Positions 9,250 through 22,090 of a DNA stretch of 64,000 bases are shown here, in pieces. Within the stretch, counting starts at the first letter, position 1. The number at the start of each line of letters is the position of its first letter. The notes beneath the pieces are model-generated. The model searched no databases and was not told the DNA's origin. It worked only from the letters and a program-made list of their open reading frames with translations. Made by a program: the position numbers and the translations under genes. Location of the stretch: NCBI GenBank assembly GCA_963741945.1, contig CAVUKA010000003.1:32001-96000 (forward strand), in the 5' to 3' direction. This DNA comes from an uncultured Gemmatimonadales bacterium. GTDB taxonomy: Bacteria; Gemmatimonadota; Gemmatimonadetes; Longimicrobiales; RSA9.

Positions 9250-10600
9250 TCAGCCGATTCCGTACTTCTTCAGCTTCTCGTAGAGCGTGCGCTCGCCGAT
9301 CCCCAGCCGCTCGGCCGCGCGCCTGCGGTTCCCGCCCACCTCCGCCAGCGCCCGCACGATGGCGTCCCGCTCGATCTCCTCCATGGTCCGGGCGACGCCG
9401 CGCCGCGCCGCCGCCCGCGGGCGCAGTGGATGCCGGTGGGCGGTGGGTGCTGATGCGCAGGTCGTCGCCCCGCAGGACGTCGCCCTCGGCCAGGATCGCG
9501 GCGCGCTCCAGCGCGTTGCCGAGCTCGCGGACGTTGCCGGGCCAGCTCGCCTGCTGGATCTTCTCGCGCGCCAGCGGATCGAGGCGGAGCAGCGGACGAC
9601 CCACGTCGGCGGCGATGCGTGCGAGGAGCGTCTCGGCGAGGGGGAGGAGGTCGCGGCGTCGGTCGCGGAGCGGCGGGAGGTGGATGGGGAAGACGGCGAG
9701 GCGGTGGTAGAGGTCCTCGCGGAAGTCGCCGCTGGCCACGCGCGCTTCCAGGTCACGGTTGGTGGCCGCGATCCAGCGCACATCGACCTCGATGGTGCGC
9801 GTGCCGCCGAGCCGCTCGAAACGCTGCTCCTGGAGCACGCGCAGCAGCTTTGCCTGGAACTCCGGCTTGAGCTCGGCGATCTCGTCGAGGAAGAGGGAGC
9901 CGCCGTCCGCAAGCTCGAGGCGGCCCCGGCGGGTCTGGCTCGCACCGGTGAATGCGCCCTTCTCGTGGCCGAAGATCTCGCTCTCCATGAGCGTTTCGGA
10001 GATGGCCGCGCAGTTGATGGGGATGAAGGGCGCGTCGGCGCGGGGGCTGCGCTCGTGGATGATGCGGGCGGCCAGCTCCTTCCCCGTCCCGCTCTCGCCG
10101 AGGAGGAGCACCGTGGAGCTGGTGGCCGCCACTTTCTCCAGCGCGCGGACCACCGGCTGCATGACGGGGTCACCGTAGGTGAGTGGCGGGGTGGTCTGGG
10201 TGGTGCGCCGCGCTTCGTCGCGGGTGAGGAGGCGGCGCCGCTCGAGCGCGCGCGAGACCAGCAGCCGCAGCTCACCCGGTGACCCGACCGGCTTCTGCAG
10301 GTAGTCGAACGCGCCCAGCTTCATGGCTTCCACGGCCGTGTCCACGGTGCCGTGGGCCGTGAGCACGATGACTTCCATCTCCGGCACGTCCGACTTGGCT
10401 TTGCGCAGCAGGTCCACGCCGTCCAGCGCGCCGGGCATGCGCAGGTCCGTGATCATGAGGTCGAACGCCCGATCGTTCAGCAGCCGCATCGCTTCCATGC
10501 CATCCGCGGCCATCCGCGTCTCGTGGCCATCGGAGGCGAGCGCGTCGGACAGGAACTCGCGAATCCCATCCTCGTCGTCCACGATCAGGATCGCGCCCAT
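9250..10600 (-). CDS. Sigma-54-dependent response regulator (REC-AAA+-Fis HTH), frameshifted near 9395-9415
   Basis: [21 protein letters not shown] and WPGNVREL lie in one frame; the HTH ([43 protein letters not shown]) lies in another, ending at 9250. Confidence 0.88.
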
Positions 10601-10601
10601 G

Positions 10602-11942
10602 CTAGCCGCCCCCGGGGATCTCGATGCGGAAGCGCGCACCGCCACCCGCCCGGTTCGAGGCGGCGATCGTGCCGCCGTGCATCTCCACGATCCGACGCGC
10701 CACGGGCAGCCCCAGCCCCGTGCCGGTGGTGCGCGTGGTGAAGAACGGGTCGAACACGCGCGATTCCTCCTCCGGCGTGAGTCCCGCGCCCCGGTCTTCC
10801 ACGCTGATGCAGAGGCGGCCCCTGGCCTCGGCCACCGTGACTTCCGGCGCCGCACCGACGGGGGAAGCCTGGACGGCGTTGCGCAGCAGGTTCACGAGCA
10901 CCTGTCGCAGGCGAGGCTCATCGAGCGGCCACGCGGCGGGCGCGCCCTCGTCGTGCACCACCACGCCATTCCCGGGCGCGGCTTCCTCCGCGGAGGCCCG
11001 GGCGAGGGCCACGGGGTCGGTGGGCCGCAGATCGAGGGGCCCCGAGCGTGCGAAGTCCAGGAGGTCCGACGTGAGCGCTTCCAGGCGAGTGGCTTCGGTC
11101 ACCACGCGGTCCGCTTTCCGCCGGGCCGGACTGTCCTCCGGCAGCTGCTCCAGCAGCAGCTGCCCGTGCCCTTTCAGCGACGCCAGCGGGTTGCGGATCT
11201 CGTGGGCCAGCACGGCCGACATCTCGCCGAGCTCGCTCAGCCGCCGCTGCTCTTCCATTCGTCGCTCCGCCGCCTCGAACCGCTGCGACAGTCGCCAGAA
11301 CACGAGCGCCGCCAGCATCAGGACGGCCGCGCCCACCACCGACACCGCCAGCGTGCGCGACGCCCGGACCACCATCTCCTCCGCCACCACGGGCTCGAAC
11401 TCCAGCACGAGCACGGGCCGCTGGGCCACGGGGGCGGGCGGCGGCGGGACGAAGTAGCTGCGGACGCGGTCATCCACGCGCTGGATCACGGGCCCCTCCT
11501 GCGGCGCCGGCAGCGCGAACGCGGTGTCCGCCGGAACGCCGCTCTTCGCGATCATCTCGCCCGAGGGGCTCAGGACCCCGGCGAAGCGGAGGCCGCTCTC
11601 CCGCCGCTCGGCCAGCGTGCTGTCGAGCACCGCCTGGATCACGGCCACACTCTCGCGGCCGGGCGTCTGCTCGCCACCACGCCCCTCCTGCCCTCCGCGG
11701 CTGCCGTGGCGACGGCCGTCGTGCTGACGCTCCCAGGCGCGGAAGGCGCCGCTCCGCACGGCCGACTCCAGGATCTGCGCCTGCCCCCGGATCAGGGAGT
11801 CCGAAGCGTTGCGGACGCTGCGGTTGTTGGCCCACGCGCTCCCGATCAGCGCCACGCCCAGGGCGAGCGTGGTGATGAGCCAGCCCCAGCGGGCGCGGCG
11901 GCCATGCCGAGCAACACCGGGGTCCGCCTTCAGGGGCTGCAT
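10602..11942 (-). CDS. Membrane sensor histidine kinase
   Basis: Two TM segments; [30 protein letters not shown] and GTGLGL boxes. Confidence 0.93.
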   Translation of the reverse strand: MQPLKADPGVARHGRRARWGWLITTLALGVALIGSAWANNRSVRNASDSLIRGQAQILESAVRSGAFRAWERQHDGRRHGSRGGQEGRGGEQTPGRESVAVIQAVLDSTLAERRESGLRFAGVLSPSGEMIAKSGVPADTAFALPAPQEGPVIQRVDDRVRSYFVPPPPAPVAQRPVLVLEFEPVVAEEMVVRASRTLAVSVVGAAVLMLAALVFWRLSQRFEAAERRMEEQRRLSELGEMSAVLAHEIRNPLASLKGHGQLLLEQLPEDSPARRKADRVVTEATRLEALTSDLLDFARSGPLDLRPTDPVALARASAEEAAPGNGVVVHDEGAPAAWPLDEPRLRQVLVNLLRNAVQASPVGAAPEVTVAEARGRLCISVEDRGAGLTPEEESRVFDPFFTTRTTGTGLGLPVARRIVEMHGGTIAASNRAGGGARFRIEIPGGG

Positions 11943-11982
11943 CGTTGCTTGCTCCGTTCCATGGTCCCGCGCCGGTGCCCCG

Positions 11983-13401
11983 TCAGGACGGGAGTCCGGC
12001 CGCCGGATCCAGGTTGCCGACGTAGTAGTCCAGCAGCTTCTGCTGGAACAGGAGCGAGTAGCGCGCGTTCACGCTCGCGCTGCTCGCCGACACCAGCTCC
12101 GCGCGCGACTGCGTCACCTCGAAGATGGTCGCGAGCCCGGCGTTGTAGCGCTCCTGCACGGCGGCGAGCGCCTGGCCCGCCGCCTTCACGCGCGCCTCCG
12201 CAGCATTCATCTGCTCTACCGCCGCCTTCCGGTCAAGGACGGCGCGCCGGACCTCGAGGGCGATCTGCTGCCGGAGGTCGGTGAGGGCGAGGCTGGCGTT
12301 GTCGGCCTGGATCCTGGCCCGCTCGGTGGCCCGCTGGGTGCCGAGGCGGTCGAAGAGGGGGAAGGAGAGCGACAGCCCCAGGGACCCGCTCTTCTTGTCC
12401 CGCAGCTGGTCGGCGAGGCCCAGGTTCGTGGCGTTCGTGTAGGAGCTGCCGTACCCCGCCGACAGGCTCACCGACGGCCACCACGTCGCCCTGGCGGCGC
12501 TCACTCCGGCCTCGGCGGAGCCGACCGCCCTCTGCGCCGCGTCCAGGTCCGGCCGGGAGGCGTACGCAGCCCGGAGCAGCGCGTTGACGTCCAGCTCCGT
12601 GCCCACGTCGACACTGTCCGGCATGGCCGGCGCGGCGAACGTGTAGCTGCCCACGGGGTCGAGCTGGAGCACCTGGATGAGCGCCACCTTCCGCAGCTCG
12701 GTGTTGCGGCGCGCGTCGACCAGCGCCGATTTCGCGGCGGCCACCTGGGCCTGTTGCTGGTAGAGGTCCACGATCGGGCGCGTGCCCGCGTCGGCCAGCG
12801 TGCGGACCTGCTTCAGCAGCTGCTCCTGCGCCAGGAGGTTCTCGTCCGCCACGCGCACCTGCTCCTTGGCGGCGATGAGGTCCAGGTAGCCGGAGATCAC
12901 CGAGAAGACCACGGTCTGCTCGGCGCGCTGCGTGTCCAGCTCCGCCGCGGCCTCGTCCAGGTTGGCGGCCTTCAGGATGTTGATGTTCCGGAATCCGTCG
13001 AACAGCGTGATGCTGCTCGAGACCCGGGCGGAGCCGCTCCCCGTGTTGCCGCTCAGGAGCTGTCCCTCGTTCGTGTTGAACGTGCGGCCGAAGTCCTGGT
13101 TCCAGCCGCCGGAAAGCCGGAGGTCCGGGGCGAACTGCATGCGGGCGTCCTGCACCGAGAGCTGCGCCAGGTCCTCCGCGTTGCGCGCGCGGTGGATGGT
13201 GGTGCTCTGGCGCAGCGCCATGTCCACCGCCCGATCGAACGTGATCACCGTCGAGTCAGGGCCCGGCTCCGCGGCCGGAGCGGTCTGCGCAGCCCCGGGG
13301 CCGGCCGTGGCCAGTGCGGCCGCCAGGCCCAGCGTCGCAAGGAAAGCCGGGCGGAGTGCCCCGCGGGCGCAGATCCAATCATGCATCGTGTACTGCATCA
13401 T
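11983..13401 (-). CDS. TolC family outer-membrane efflux protein
   Basis: Signal peptide, PDLRLSG, ITLFDGF, LSFPLFD and QERYNAGLATIFEV motifs; located in an efflux operon. Confidence 0.9.
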   Translation of the reverse strand: MMQYTMHDWICARGALRPAFLATLGLAAALATAGPGAAQTAPAAEPGPDSTVITFDRAVDMALRQSTTIHRARNAEDLAQLSVQDARMQFAPDLRLSGGWNQDFGRTFNTNEGQLLSGNTGSGSARVSSSITLFDGFRNINILKAANLDEAAAELDTQRAEQTVVFSVISGYLDLIAAKEQVRVADENLLAQEQLLKQVRTLADAGTRPIVDLYQQQAQVAAAKSALVDARRNTELRKVALIQVLQLDPVGSYTFAAPAMPDSVDVGTELDVNALLRAAYASRPDLDAAQRAVGSAEAGVSAARATWWPSVSLSAGYGSSYTNATNLGLADQLRDKKSGSLGLSLSFPLFDRLGTQRATERARIQADNASLALTDLRQQIALEVRRAVLDRKAAVEQMNAAEARVKAAGQALAAVQERYNAGLATIFEVTQSRAELVSASSASVNARYSLLFQQKLLDYYVGNLDPAAGLPS

Positions 13402-13438
13402 ATCCCTCCATTGGAGGCCTCGCGGCCCCGTCCAGAAA

Positions 13439-14652
<1,214 letters not shown>

Positions 14653-14656
<4 letters not shown>

Positions 14657-15414
14657 GCCGCACCTGCCATTTCCGCCTCGCGCAGCGCCGCCAGGTCCCG
14701 CGCGGCGACGAGGGGCTCACGCACGACGTCGTGGCGCACCACCCGGCCATCCTTCAGCTCCACCACGCGGTGGGCATAGCGGGCGATGTCGGGCTCGTGG
14801 GTCACCAGCACGATGGTCACGCCGTCGGCGTTCAGCTCCTGGAAGAGCGCCATCACTTCCACGGAAGTCACGGAGTCCAGGTTGCCCGTGGGCTCGTCCG
14901 CCAGCACGAGCGACGGCCGGGTCACCAGTGCCCGGGCGATGGCCACCCGCTGCTGCTGCCCACCCGACAGCTCCGCCGGGTCGTGCTCCAGGCGATCCCC
15001 GAGCCCCACGCGCTCCAGCGCCGTCCTGGCCAGCAGCCGCGTGTCCAGCTTCCGACCCGTCCGGTCGTACAGGAGCGGGAGCTCCACGTTCTCCAGCGCG
15101 CTCGTGCGCGGGAGCAGGTTGAATCCCTGAAAGACGAAGCCCAGCTTCCGGTTCCGCACGTCCGCCAGCGCGTTCTTCTCCAGCCCGTCCACGCGCTCGC
15201 CATCCAGCGCGTACGTGCCATCCGTGGGACGATCCAGGCACCCGAGGATGTTCATGAGCGTGGACTTCCCCGAGCCGGACGCGCCCATGATCGCCACCAT
15301 CTCGCCGCGCTGGAGCGTCAGGTCCACCCCCCGGAGCGCGTGCACCTCGTTCTGTCCGGCGCGGTACGTCTTCACCAGCCCCCGCGCTTCGATGACCGGC
15401 GTCTGCGCGCTCAT
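14653..15414 (-). CDS. ABC transporter ATP-binding subunit (MacB/LolD-like)
   Basis: GASGSGKST, LSGGQQQRVAIARA, LADEPTGNLD; start MSAQTP has a TGATG overlap. Confidence 0.93.
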
Positions 15415-16804
15415 CAGAACGCCCCCGGGGGCCGGCGGCCCCGGCTCGCGCTCGACTGGAACGGGTTGGCCGCCGACTCCGGCGACGCCGACCCGCTCAC
15501 GACGGCCGCGATCACCTGCAGCCCTGCCTTCACCGCCTCCGGCGCACGCACGATCACCGTGTTCTGGCCGTCCGTGAGACCGGTCCGCACAGGGCCACGG
15601 CCAGCTTGCCGTTCCCGTCCACGTACCAGAGCATGGCCCGGTCGGACGCCCCGGCGCTGCCACCGCCCGCGTACCCGGCGCCCCCCCGACGTTCCGCCCC
15701 GGCGCTGAAGCCGGCCGCACCGGCGCCCGCGGACCCGGCGCCCCGGGACGCGCTCCGGGGTGAAGCGCCGTCCGGAGACGCGTCGCCCGGAGAGGCGCTG
15801 TCGCGGCCGGCACCGGCCGCCGCACCGGCACCCGCACCCGCGGCCGCACCGGACTTCGCGGCGAGCCGCGCGCGAACCTGTTCCCGCATCTGCTCGGTGG
15901 GCTGGAAACGGAGCGCGGTGTTCGGGACGGTGAGCGCGTCCTGGGCGCTGTCGACGATGAACTCCACCGTGGCGGTCATGCCGGGAAGCAGCGCGCCCTC
16001 GGGGTTCTCCACGCGCACCACAGCGCTGTAGTTCACCACGTTCTCCTGCGTGGTGGAGGCGAGGCGCACCTGGCGGACGGTGCCGCTGAAGCTCCGCGAC
16101 GGATACGCCTGCACCGTGAAGCGCACCTCCTGACCCTGATGGATCCTGCCAATGTCGCTCTCATCCACGCTCGCCAGGATCTCCATCTGCCCCAGGTCGC
16201 GGGCGAGCACGAACAGCGTCGGCGCCGAGAAGCTCGCCGCCACCGTCTGCCCCACGTCCACGTTCCGCGACACCACCACGCCGTCGATCGGCGCCCGGAT
16301 CTCGGTGTACTGCAGGTTCCGCTTCGCCCGGTCCAGGTTGATCCTCGCCTGCTCATACGACGCCTTCGCCGCGTCGTACGTGTACTGCGCCTGGTCCTGC
16401 TCCGCGTCGGTCACCACCTGCTGCGCGTGCAGCGACGTCGAGCGCTCCAGCGCCCGCTTCGCCTGGTCCAGGTCCGCACGGTTCTTCGCCACGCTCGCTT
16501 CCGCCGACCGTACCTCCTGCTCCAGGATGGTCGGGTCGATCCGCGCCAGCAGCTGACCCCGCTTCACGTGGTCGTTGTAGTCCGCATCGATCTCCGCCAG
16601 CTGACCCGAGACCTGCGTCCCCACGTCCACTGTCTCCGTGGCCTGCAGCGTCCCCGTGGCCGTCACCGTGGATTCCACGTCCCCGCGGCCCACGCTCACG
16701 AACCTGTACTGCGGCGTCGCGCCATCGGTGCGCCGAACCAGTCCCCACGACAGCAGCGCCACTGCCGCCACCAGCGTCGGGATCAGGATCTTCTTCCGTT
16801 TCAT
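15414..16804 (-). CDS. MacA-like periplasmic adaptor, with a 1-nt deletion near 15592
   Basis: VGTQVSG, EIRAPIDGVV, VGQTVAASFSAPTLF, LLPGMTA; the conserved VRTGLTDGQNTV tail continues in a shifted frame to a TGA overlapping the next ATG. Confidence 0.88.
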
Positions 16805-16901
16805 GTTCCCCGTTCTCCCCTGTGACCGGGACCCCGGCCGCCTCCGCTCCCGCTTCCGGGGCACGGACGGGCCATCGCCTTCTTCCGACCCCCGTACAGT
16901 G

Positions 16902-17004
16902 GCACGGACGGGACCACGCGGATGTCCAGTGACCGCAACGATTCCCGGGCCCCGCCACGTGCCCGGCCCTGCGGCATCCGCAGGAAAGTCTGCGGAATCC
17001 GCAG
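16902..17004 (-). promoter_or_regulatory. Tandem palindromic activator sites and candidate sigma-54 promoter for the efflux operon
   Basis: CTGCGGCATCCGCAG (16969-16983) and CTGCGGAATCCGCAG (16990-17004), 21 bp apart; TGGTCC-N5-GTGC (GG-N10-GC) at 16916-16902. Confidence 0.55.
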
Positions 17005-17177
17005 ATCGGGGCGTGGGTGGGACTGAGACGCGCCGCGACACCGTCGACGTGGCCCGGGGGAGCTACTGGCTCAATCCTTGACGGGCCACCGGGGCCCCCG
17101 GACCGGCGCGCGGGGTTGACGACTCGGGGCGCGCCGGTACGTTTGGCGACGCGCGTGAACCGAGACGGGGCGAGAGC

Positions 17178-18164
17178 TTGATCGTATCACTCGAAAAGGA
17201 AGCGGACGCCGCGGCCGTGGAGCGAGAGCTCACCGGCCGCGGTCTCTGGGTGCGCCGGCTGCACGCCGACGGTCGGGTCCAGTTCTACGTGGAGCCCGGG
17301 TCGGCGTGGGTGGAAGCGGGAGCCCTGAGCGGGATCGCGGGGGTGGCCTCCGTGGCGGCGGAAGCGTCGTCGCACCCGCTGGTGGACGAGCACGGCCCCG
17401 CGGCGAGTGTGGGCGGCGTGCGCGTGGCGGCGGACGCCGCGCCCGTCCTCATGGCGGGCCCGTGCAGCGTGGAGTCGGAGGAGCAGATCCACGCCATTGC
17501 CCGGCGGCTTGCGGGGCATGCGGAGTTCCTGCGGGGCGGCGCGTTCAAGACCCGCACGTCGCCGTACGCGTTCCAGGGCCATGGAGAGCCGGCGCTGCGG
17601 TGGTTGCGGGAGGCGGCGGACGCGGCCGGGCTCAAGGTGGTGACGGAGATCCTGAGTCCCGAGCAGGCACCGCTCCTGGCGCGGCACGCGGAGCTGATCC
17701 AGATCGGGTCGCGCAACATGCAGAACTCGGCGCTCCTGAGCGCGGCGGCCGCGGAAGGCCGGCCGATCCTGCTGAAGCGCGGCATGGCCGCCACCATCGA
17801 CGAGTGGCTGCTGGCGGGCGAGTACTGCCTCGTGCACGGCGCGCCCGCCGTCGTCTTCTGCGAGCGCGGCATCCGCAGCTTCGACTCGCGCACGCGCAAC
17901 CTGCTCGACCTGGGCGCCGTGGCGCTCCTCTCCGGCGTGCACCGCGTGCCCGTGGTGGTCGACCCGTCGCACGCCACCGGCCGCCGCGACCTTCTCCGCC
18001 CGCTGAGCCTCGCGGCGATCGCCGCGGGGGCGGCGGGGATCATGGTCGAAACGCACCCGGAGCCCGGCCGTTCGCTGAGCGACGCGTCACAGGCGCTGCC
18101 GCTGGACGAGTTCCCGTCGCTGGCATCCGAAGTCCGCGCGGCGAGGGTGGCGGATGCGGGGTGA
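17178..18164 (+). CDS. aroF: DAHP synthase, type I-beta
   Basis: [53 protein letters not shown] start. Confidence 0.9.
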   Translation: MIVSLEKEADAAAVERELTGRGLWVRRLHADGRVQFYVEPGSAWVEAGALSGIAGVASVAAEASSHPLVDEHGPAASVGGVRVAADAAPVLMAGPCSVESEEQIHAIARRLAGHAEFLRGGAFKTRTSPYAFQGHGEPALRWLREAADAAGLKVVTEILSPEQAPLLARHAELIQIGSRNMQNSALLSAAAAEGRPILLKRGMAATIDEWLLAGEYCLVHGAPAVVFCERGIRSFDSRTRNLLDLGAVALLSGVHRVPVVVDPSHATGRRDLLRPLSLAAIAAGAAGIMVETHPEPGRSLSDASQALPLDEFPSLASEVRAARVADAG

Positions 18165-18879
18165 CGCGGGAGAGCCGCGGCCGGGGTCGGGCGAGATGTT
18201 CGACCGGATCGCCCACCGCTACGACCTGCTCAACCGGATCCTCTCGCTGGGCGTGGACCAGCGCTGGCGTGGTCGCACCGTGGACAGCCTGGCGCTGGCC
18301 GGCCGCACCGATGCCGAAGTCCTCGACCTGGCCACCGGCACGGGCGACCTGGCCATCCAGATCGCCCGGCGCCATCCCGGCGTGCGTGTGGTGGGCGTGG
18401 ATCCGGCGGAGCGGATGCTTGCGCACGCGCGCCCCAAGATCGAACGGGCCGGTCTGTACGACCGCGTCCGCGTGGTCCCGGGCGATGCCGAGGACATCCC
18501 CTTCCCCGACGCATCGTTCGACGGCGTGACCATCGCCTTCGGCATCCGGAACGTGCCGGACCGGGCGCGAGGGCTGCGGGAGATGCGACGAGTGACTCGC
18601 CCCGGCGGGCGCGTGGCGATCCTGGAGCTGTCGGAGCCGCAGGGCGGACTGCTGGGGCGCGCGGCCCGCTTCCACGTGCACACGCTGGTGCCGCGCATCG
18701 GCGCGCTCCTCTCCGGCGAGCGCGAGTACCGCTACCTGCAGGCGTCCATCGCCGCGTTCCCGCCCGCCGGGGAGTTCGCCACGCTGATGGAGGAGGCCGG
18801 GCTGCGCGTGCTCCGCGTGGACCGCCTGACGTTCGGCGTGGCCCATCTCTACGTGGCCGAGCGCCCCGCCGACGCATGA
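18154..18879 (+). CDS. menG: Demethylmenaquinone methyltransferase
   Basis: [44 protein letters not shown]. Confidence 0.9.
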   Translation: MRGDAGEPRPGSGEMFDRIAHRYDLLNRILSLGVDQRWRGRTVDSLALAGRTDAEVLDLATGTGDLAIQIARRHPGVRVVGVDPAERMLAHARPKIERAGLYDRVRVVPGDAEDIPFPDASFDGVTIAFGIRNVPDRARGLREMRRVTRPGGRVAILELSEPQGGLLGRAARFHVHTLVPRIGALLSGEREYRYLQASIAAFPPAGEFATLMEEAGLRVLRVDRLTFGVAHLYVAERPADA

Positions 18880-20237
18880 CTGCCGCCGGCCTCCTGCGTG
18901 ACGCGCTCCTGCCGTCGTTCGGGCCGGAGGAGATCCGGTGGATCACGCTGCCCATCGTCGCCGGGTCGGCGGAAGCGTTGCTCCGCCTGGATCCGGTGGA
19001 GCCGGCGGTGTTCTGGGATGCGGGCGACGGCGACGGTGCCCACGCCCCGCTCGCCGGCTGGGGCGCGGCCCACGTGGTCACCGCCGAGGGACCCGGCCGG
19101 TTCGAGGATGTCCGGACTGCCGCCGAGCGCCTGTGGCCCCGGATTTCCGTGATGCCGATGGGCGGCGAGGGGCCCGTTCCGCCCCGGCTCTTCGGCGGCT
19201 TCTCCTTCCTCCCATCGCCGCCACCGCCGCCCTGGTCGGCGTTCGGCGCGGCCGCGTTCGTCCTCCCCCGTGTGCTGGTCGCCGGCGGCCCTTCCCCCCG
19301 GCTGGCCGTGGCGGCCTCGGCGGCGGACGCGGCCGGAGAAGGGCCGGAGCGGCTTTCGGCCCTCGTCGCCCGGATCGTGACCCTCCTCGCCGGCGACCGC
19401 TCGAACGGGGCGCGTCCGACGCCGGCGCTGGAGACGGCGGACGCCCCGTCGTCGGACGGATGGGCGGAAGCGCTGGCATCGATCCGGCTGCGGATCGCGG
19501 CGGGCGAGGCGGAAAAGATCGTTGCCGCGAGACGGCGGGAGATCCGCTTCGGCGGCGCGATCGATCCCGTGGCGGTGTTGCGCGCGCTGGCGGGCGGGAC
19601 GGCGGCGGAAGCGCGCTTCGCCTTCCGCCACGGCGGCGCGACGTTCCTGGGCGCCACGCCGGAGCGGCTGGTGTCGCGGCGCGGCCTTGCCGTGGGCACG
19701 GAGGCGCTGGCCGGCTCCATCGACGCCGGACGCGCCGAGCGGGACACCGAGCTGCTGCGCAGCCTGAAGGATGCGGAGGAGCACGGCTACGTCGTGCGTG
19801 CCATCGCCAGCGTGCTGGAGCCGCTGTGCGACGAGCTGGACTATCCGGCGACGCCGGGGATCCGGCACCTCCGGCACGTCCTCCACCTCCGCACGCCCTT
19901 CACCGGGCGGCTGTCGGGCCCGGTGCACGTGCTCGAGCTGGTGGACCGGCTCCACCCCACGCCCGCAGTGGGCGGAACGCCCGCGCGGGAGGCCGTGGCG
20001 TGGATCGCCGATCACGAGCCGTGGTCGCGGGGGTGGTACGCGTCGCCCGTGGGCTGGTTCGACGCCGCCGGCGATGGCGACTTCGTCGTGGCCCTCCGCT
20101 CGGCGCTCGTGGACGCTGATCGGGCGTACCTGTACGCGGGCGCGGGGATCGTACGCGACTCGGAGACGGACGCCGAGCTGGCGGAGACCGAAGTGAAGCT
20201 GCGCACCATGGCCGATGCGCTGGGGACCGCCGCGTGA
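18876..20237 (+). CDS. menF: Isochorismate synthase
   Basis: KIVAAR, FLGATPERL, ALAGS, KDAEEH, LHPTPAVGG, RGWYASPVGW, AGAGIV. Confidence 0.9.
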   Translation: MTAAGLLRDALLPSFGPEEIRWITLPIVAGSAEALLRLDPVEPAVFWDAGDGDGAHAPLAGWGAAHVVTAEGPGRFEDVRTAAERLWPRISVMPMGGEGPVPPRLFGGFSFLPSPPPPPWSAFGAAAFVLPRVLVAGGPSPRLAVAASAADAAGEGPERLSALVARIVTLLAGDRSNGARPTPALETADAPSSDGWAEALASIRLRIAAGEAEKIVAARRREIRFGGAIDPVAVLRALAGGTAAEARFAFRHGGATFLGATPERLVSRRGLAVGTEALAGSIDAGRAERDTELLRSLKDAEEHGYVVRAIASVLEPLCDELDYPATPGIRHLRHVLHLRTPFTGRLSGPVHVLELVDRLHPTPAVGGTPAREAVAWIADHEPWSRGWYASPVGWFDAAGDGDFVVALRSALVDADRAYLYAGAGIVRDSETDAELAETEVKLRTMADALGTAA

Positions 20238-22090
20238 GCGACTTCGCGCGCACCCCGGCCAACCTGCTCACCGAATGGGCGAGGCTGCTGCTGGGGAGCC
20301 TCCGCCGGGCCGGCGTGCGGGACGTGGTGCTCAGTCCGGGCGCGCGGAACACGCCGTTCACGTGGGCCGCGCTCCGCGACGAGGGGCTCCGCTGCCGCAC
20401 CATCATCGACGAGCGCTCGGCCGCCTTCTTCGCCGTCGGTCACGCCAAGATGACCGGCCGGCCGGTGGTCCTGCTGTGCACGTCCGGGAGCGCCGCCGCC
20501 AACTACTTCCCGGCCGTGGTGGAAGCGTCCGAGTCGGGCACTCCGCTCCTCCTGCTCACGGCCGACCGCCCGCTCGAGCTGCAGCACGCGGCAGCGCCCC
20601 AGACCATCGACCAGGCGCGCCTCTACGGCACGTTCGCCCGCGGCCATTTCGAGCTGGGCACGCCCGACCCCCGGGCCGCCATGCTCCGGGCCGTCGCCAG
20701 GATCGCCACCCAGGCCGTGGCCACGACGCGCTCGCCCGTGCCGGGCCCCGTCCAGGTCAACGCCCGCGCGCGCAAGCCGCTGGAGCCGGACACCGGCGAG
20801 GATGACGAGGCGCGGCGTCTCAGCCAGGAAGTGGACCGCCTGCTGGACTCCGTGCCCGCGATCTACGACGATGAGGCCGCTCCCGCGCCGGCCGGGATCG
20901 AAGCGCTCGCCGCCGCGTGCCGCCGCGCCCGCCGCGGGCTGATCGTATGCGGCCCGGAAAGTCCGTGGCGCGCAGCACCGGCCGACGATGTCGCCGCCCT
21001 CGCCCGCGCCACCGGCTTCCCGGTGGTGGCCGAGCCCGCGAGCCAGCAGCGGTTCGGGGCGCTCGGCGACCGCCCCGGCGTCGCCATCATCGACGCGTTC
21101 ACCGCTCTCCTCGGCGCCCAGCGCTTCCGCGACGGCTACGGCCCCGACCTCGTGGTCCAGCTGGGCCGGCCCCCGACGGCGGCGGAGTGGAACCGCTACC
21201 TCAAGCGCTGGGTCAGCGCCGAACGCTGGGTCATCGCCCCCGACGGCTGGTCGGATCCTCGAGGCTCGGCCGCCGGGTGGCTCCGGAGCCCGGCAGGGCC
21301 GGCGGTGCGGGCGCTGGCGCGCGCGCTCGGGACGGGCGCCGGTGGGCAGGACCCTGCGGGCGCGACGCCGGAGGCCGGGACCGCGGCGACGCCGGAGGCC
21401 GGGACGGCGGCGGCGCGCGCGGCCTGGGTGGAGCGGCTCGTCGGCGCCAATCGCGCCGCGCGCACCGCGATCGACGAGTCGCTCGAGGGCGAGTTCACGG
21501 AGGCCGCGGCGATCCGCGCCATCGTGGACGCCGTCCCCGCGGGCGGGATCCTGGCGCTGGGGAACAGCCTTCCGGTCCGTGAAGTGGAGATTTTCGCACC
21601 GGCGGCCGACCGGAGCCTGGCCGTGTGGTCGCAGCGCGGGGCGAACGGGATCGACGGCGTGGTTTCGGGCGCCGCCGGCGCCGCGGCCGCCACGGGTCGC
21701 CCGACCACGCTCATCATCGGCGACGTGAGCTTCACCCACGACGTGGGCGGGCTCGCCGCCGCGCGGACTGTCGACGCGCCGCTCACGGTGGTCGTGCTGA
21801 ACAACGGCGGCGGTCGGATCTTCGAGCGCCTGCCCATCGCCACCACGCTCGAGGGCGACGACGACTTCCTTGCCTGGCTGACGCCCCCGGCCATCGACAT
21901 CGCCGCAGCCGCCCGCACGTTCGGCGCGAGCTACGCCCGCGCCGGGGACGCGCGAGCGCTGGCGCGGGCGCTCGCCGCGGCGCGGGAGTCGCGGGGCGTC
22001 ACGGTGGTCGAGGTGGTGGTCCCGGGCGAGATGACGGCGCCGCACCACGCCGCCATGATCGCGCGCCTGGACGCGCGCATTCCCACGTGA
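20234..22090 (+). CDS. menD: SEPHCHC synthase
   Basis: SPGARNTP, DERSAAFFA, CTSGSAAANYFPAVVEA, TADRP, GNSLPVR, RGANGIDG, NNGGGRIF. Confidence 0.95.
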   Translation: MSDFARTPANLLTEWARLLLGSLRRAGVRDVVLSPGARNTPFTWAALRDEGLRCRTIIDERSAAFFAVGHAKMTGRPVVLLCTSGSAAANYFPAVVEASESGTPLLLLTADRPLELQHAAAPQTIDQARLYGTFARGHFELGTPDPRAAMLRAVARIATQAVATTRSPVPGPVQVNARARKPLEPDTGEDDEARRLSQEVDRLLDSVPAIYDDEAAPAPAGIEALAAACRRARRGLIVCGPESPWRAAPADDVAALARATGFPVVAEPASQQRFGALGDRPGVAIIDAFTALLGAQRFRDGYGPDLVVQLGRPPTAAEWNRYLKRWVSAERWVIAPDGWSDPRGSAAGWLRSPAGPAVRALARALGTGAGGQDPAGATPEAGTAATPEAGTAAARAAWVERLVGANRAARTAIDESLEGEFTEAAAIRAIVDAVPAGGILALGNSLPVREVEIFAPAADRSLAVWSQRGANGIDGVVSGAAGAAAATGRPTTLIIGDVSFTHDVGGLAAARTVDAPLTVVVLNNGGGRIFERLPIATTLEGDDDFLAWLTPPAIDIAAAARTFGASYARAGDARALARALAAARESRGVTVVEVVVPGEMTAPHHAAMIARLDARIPT

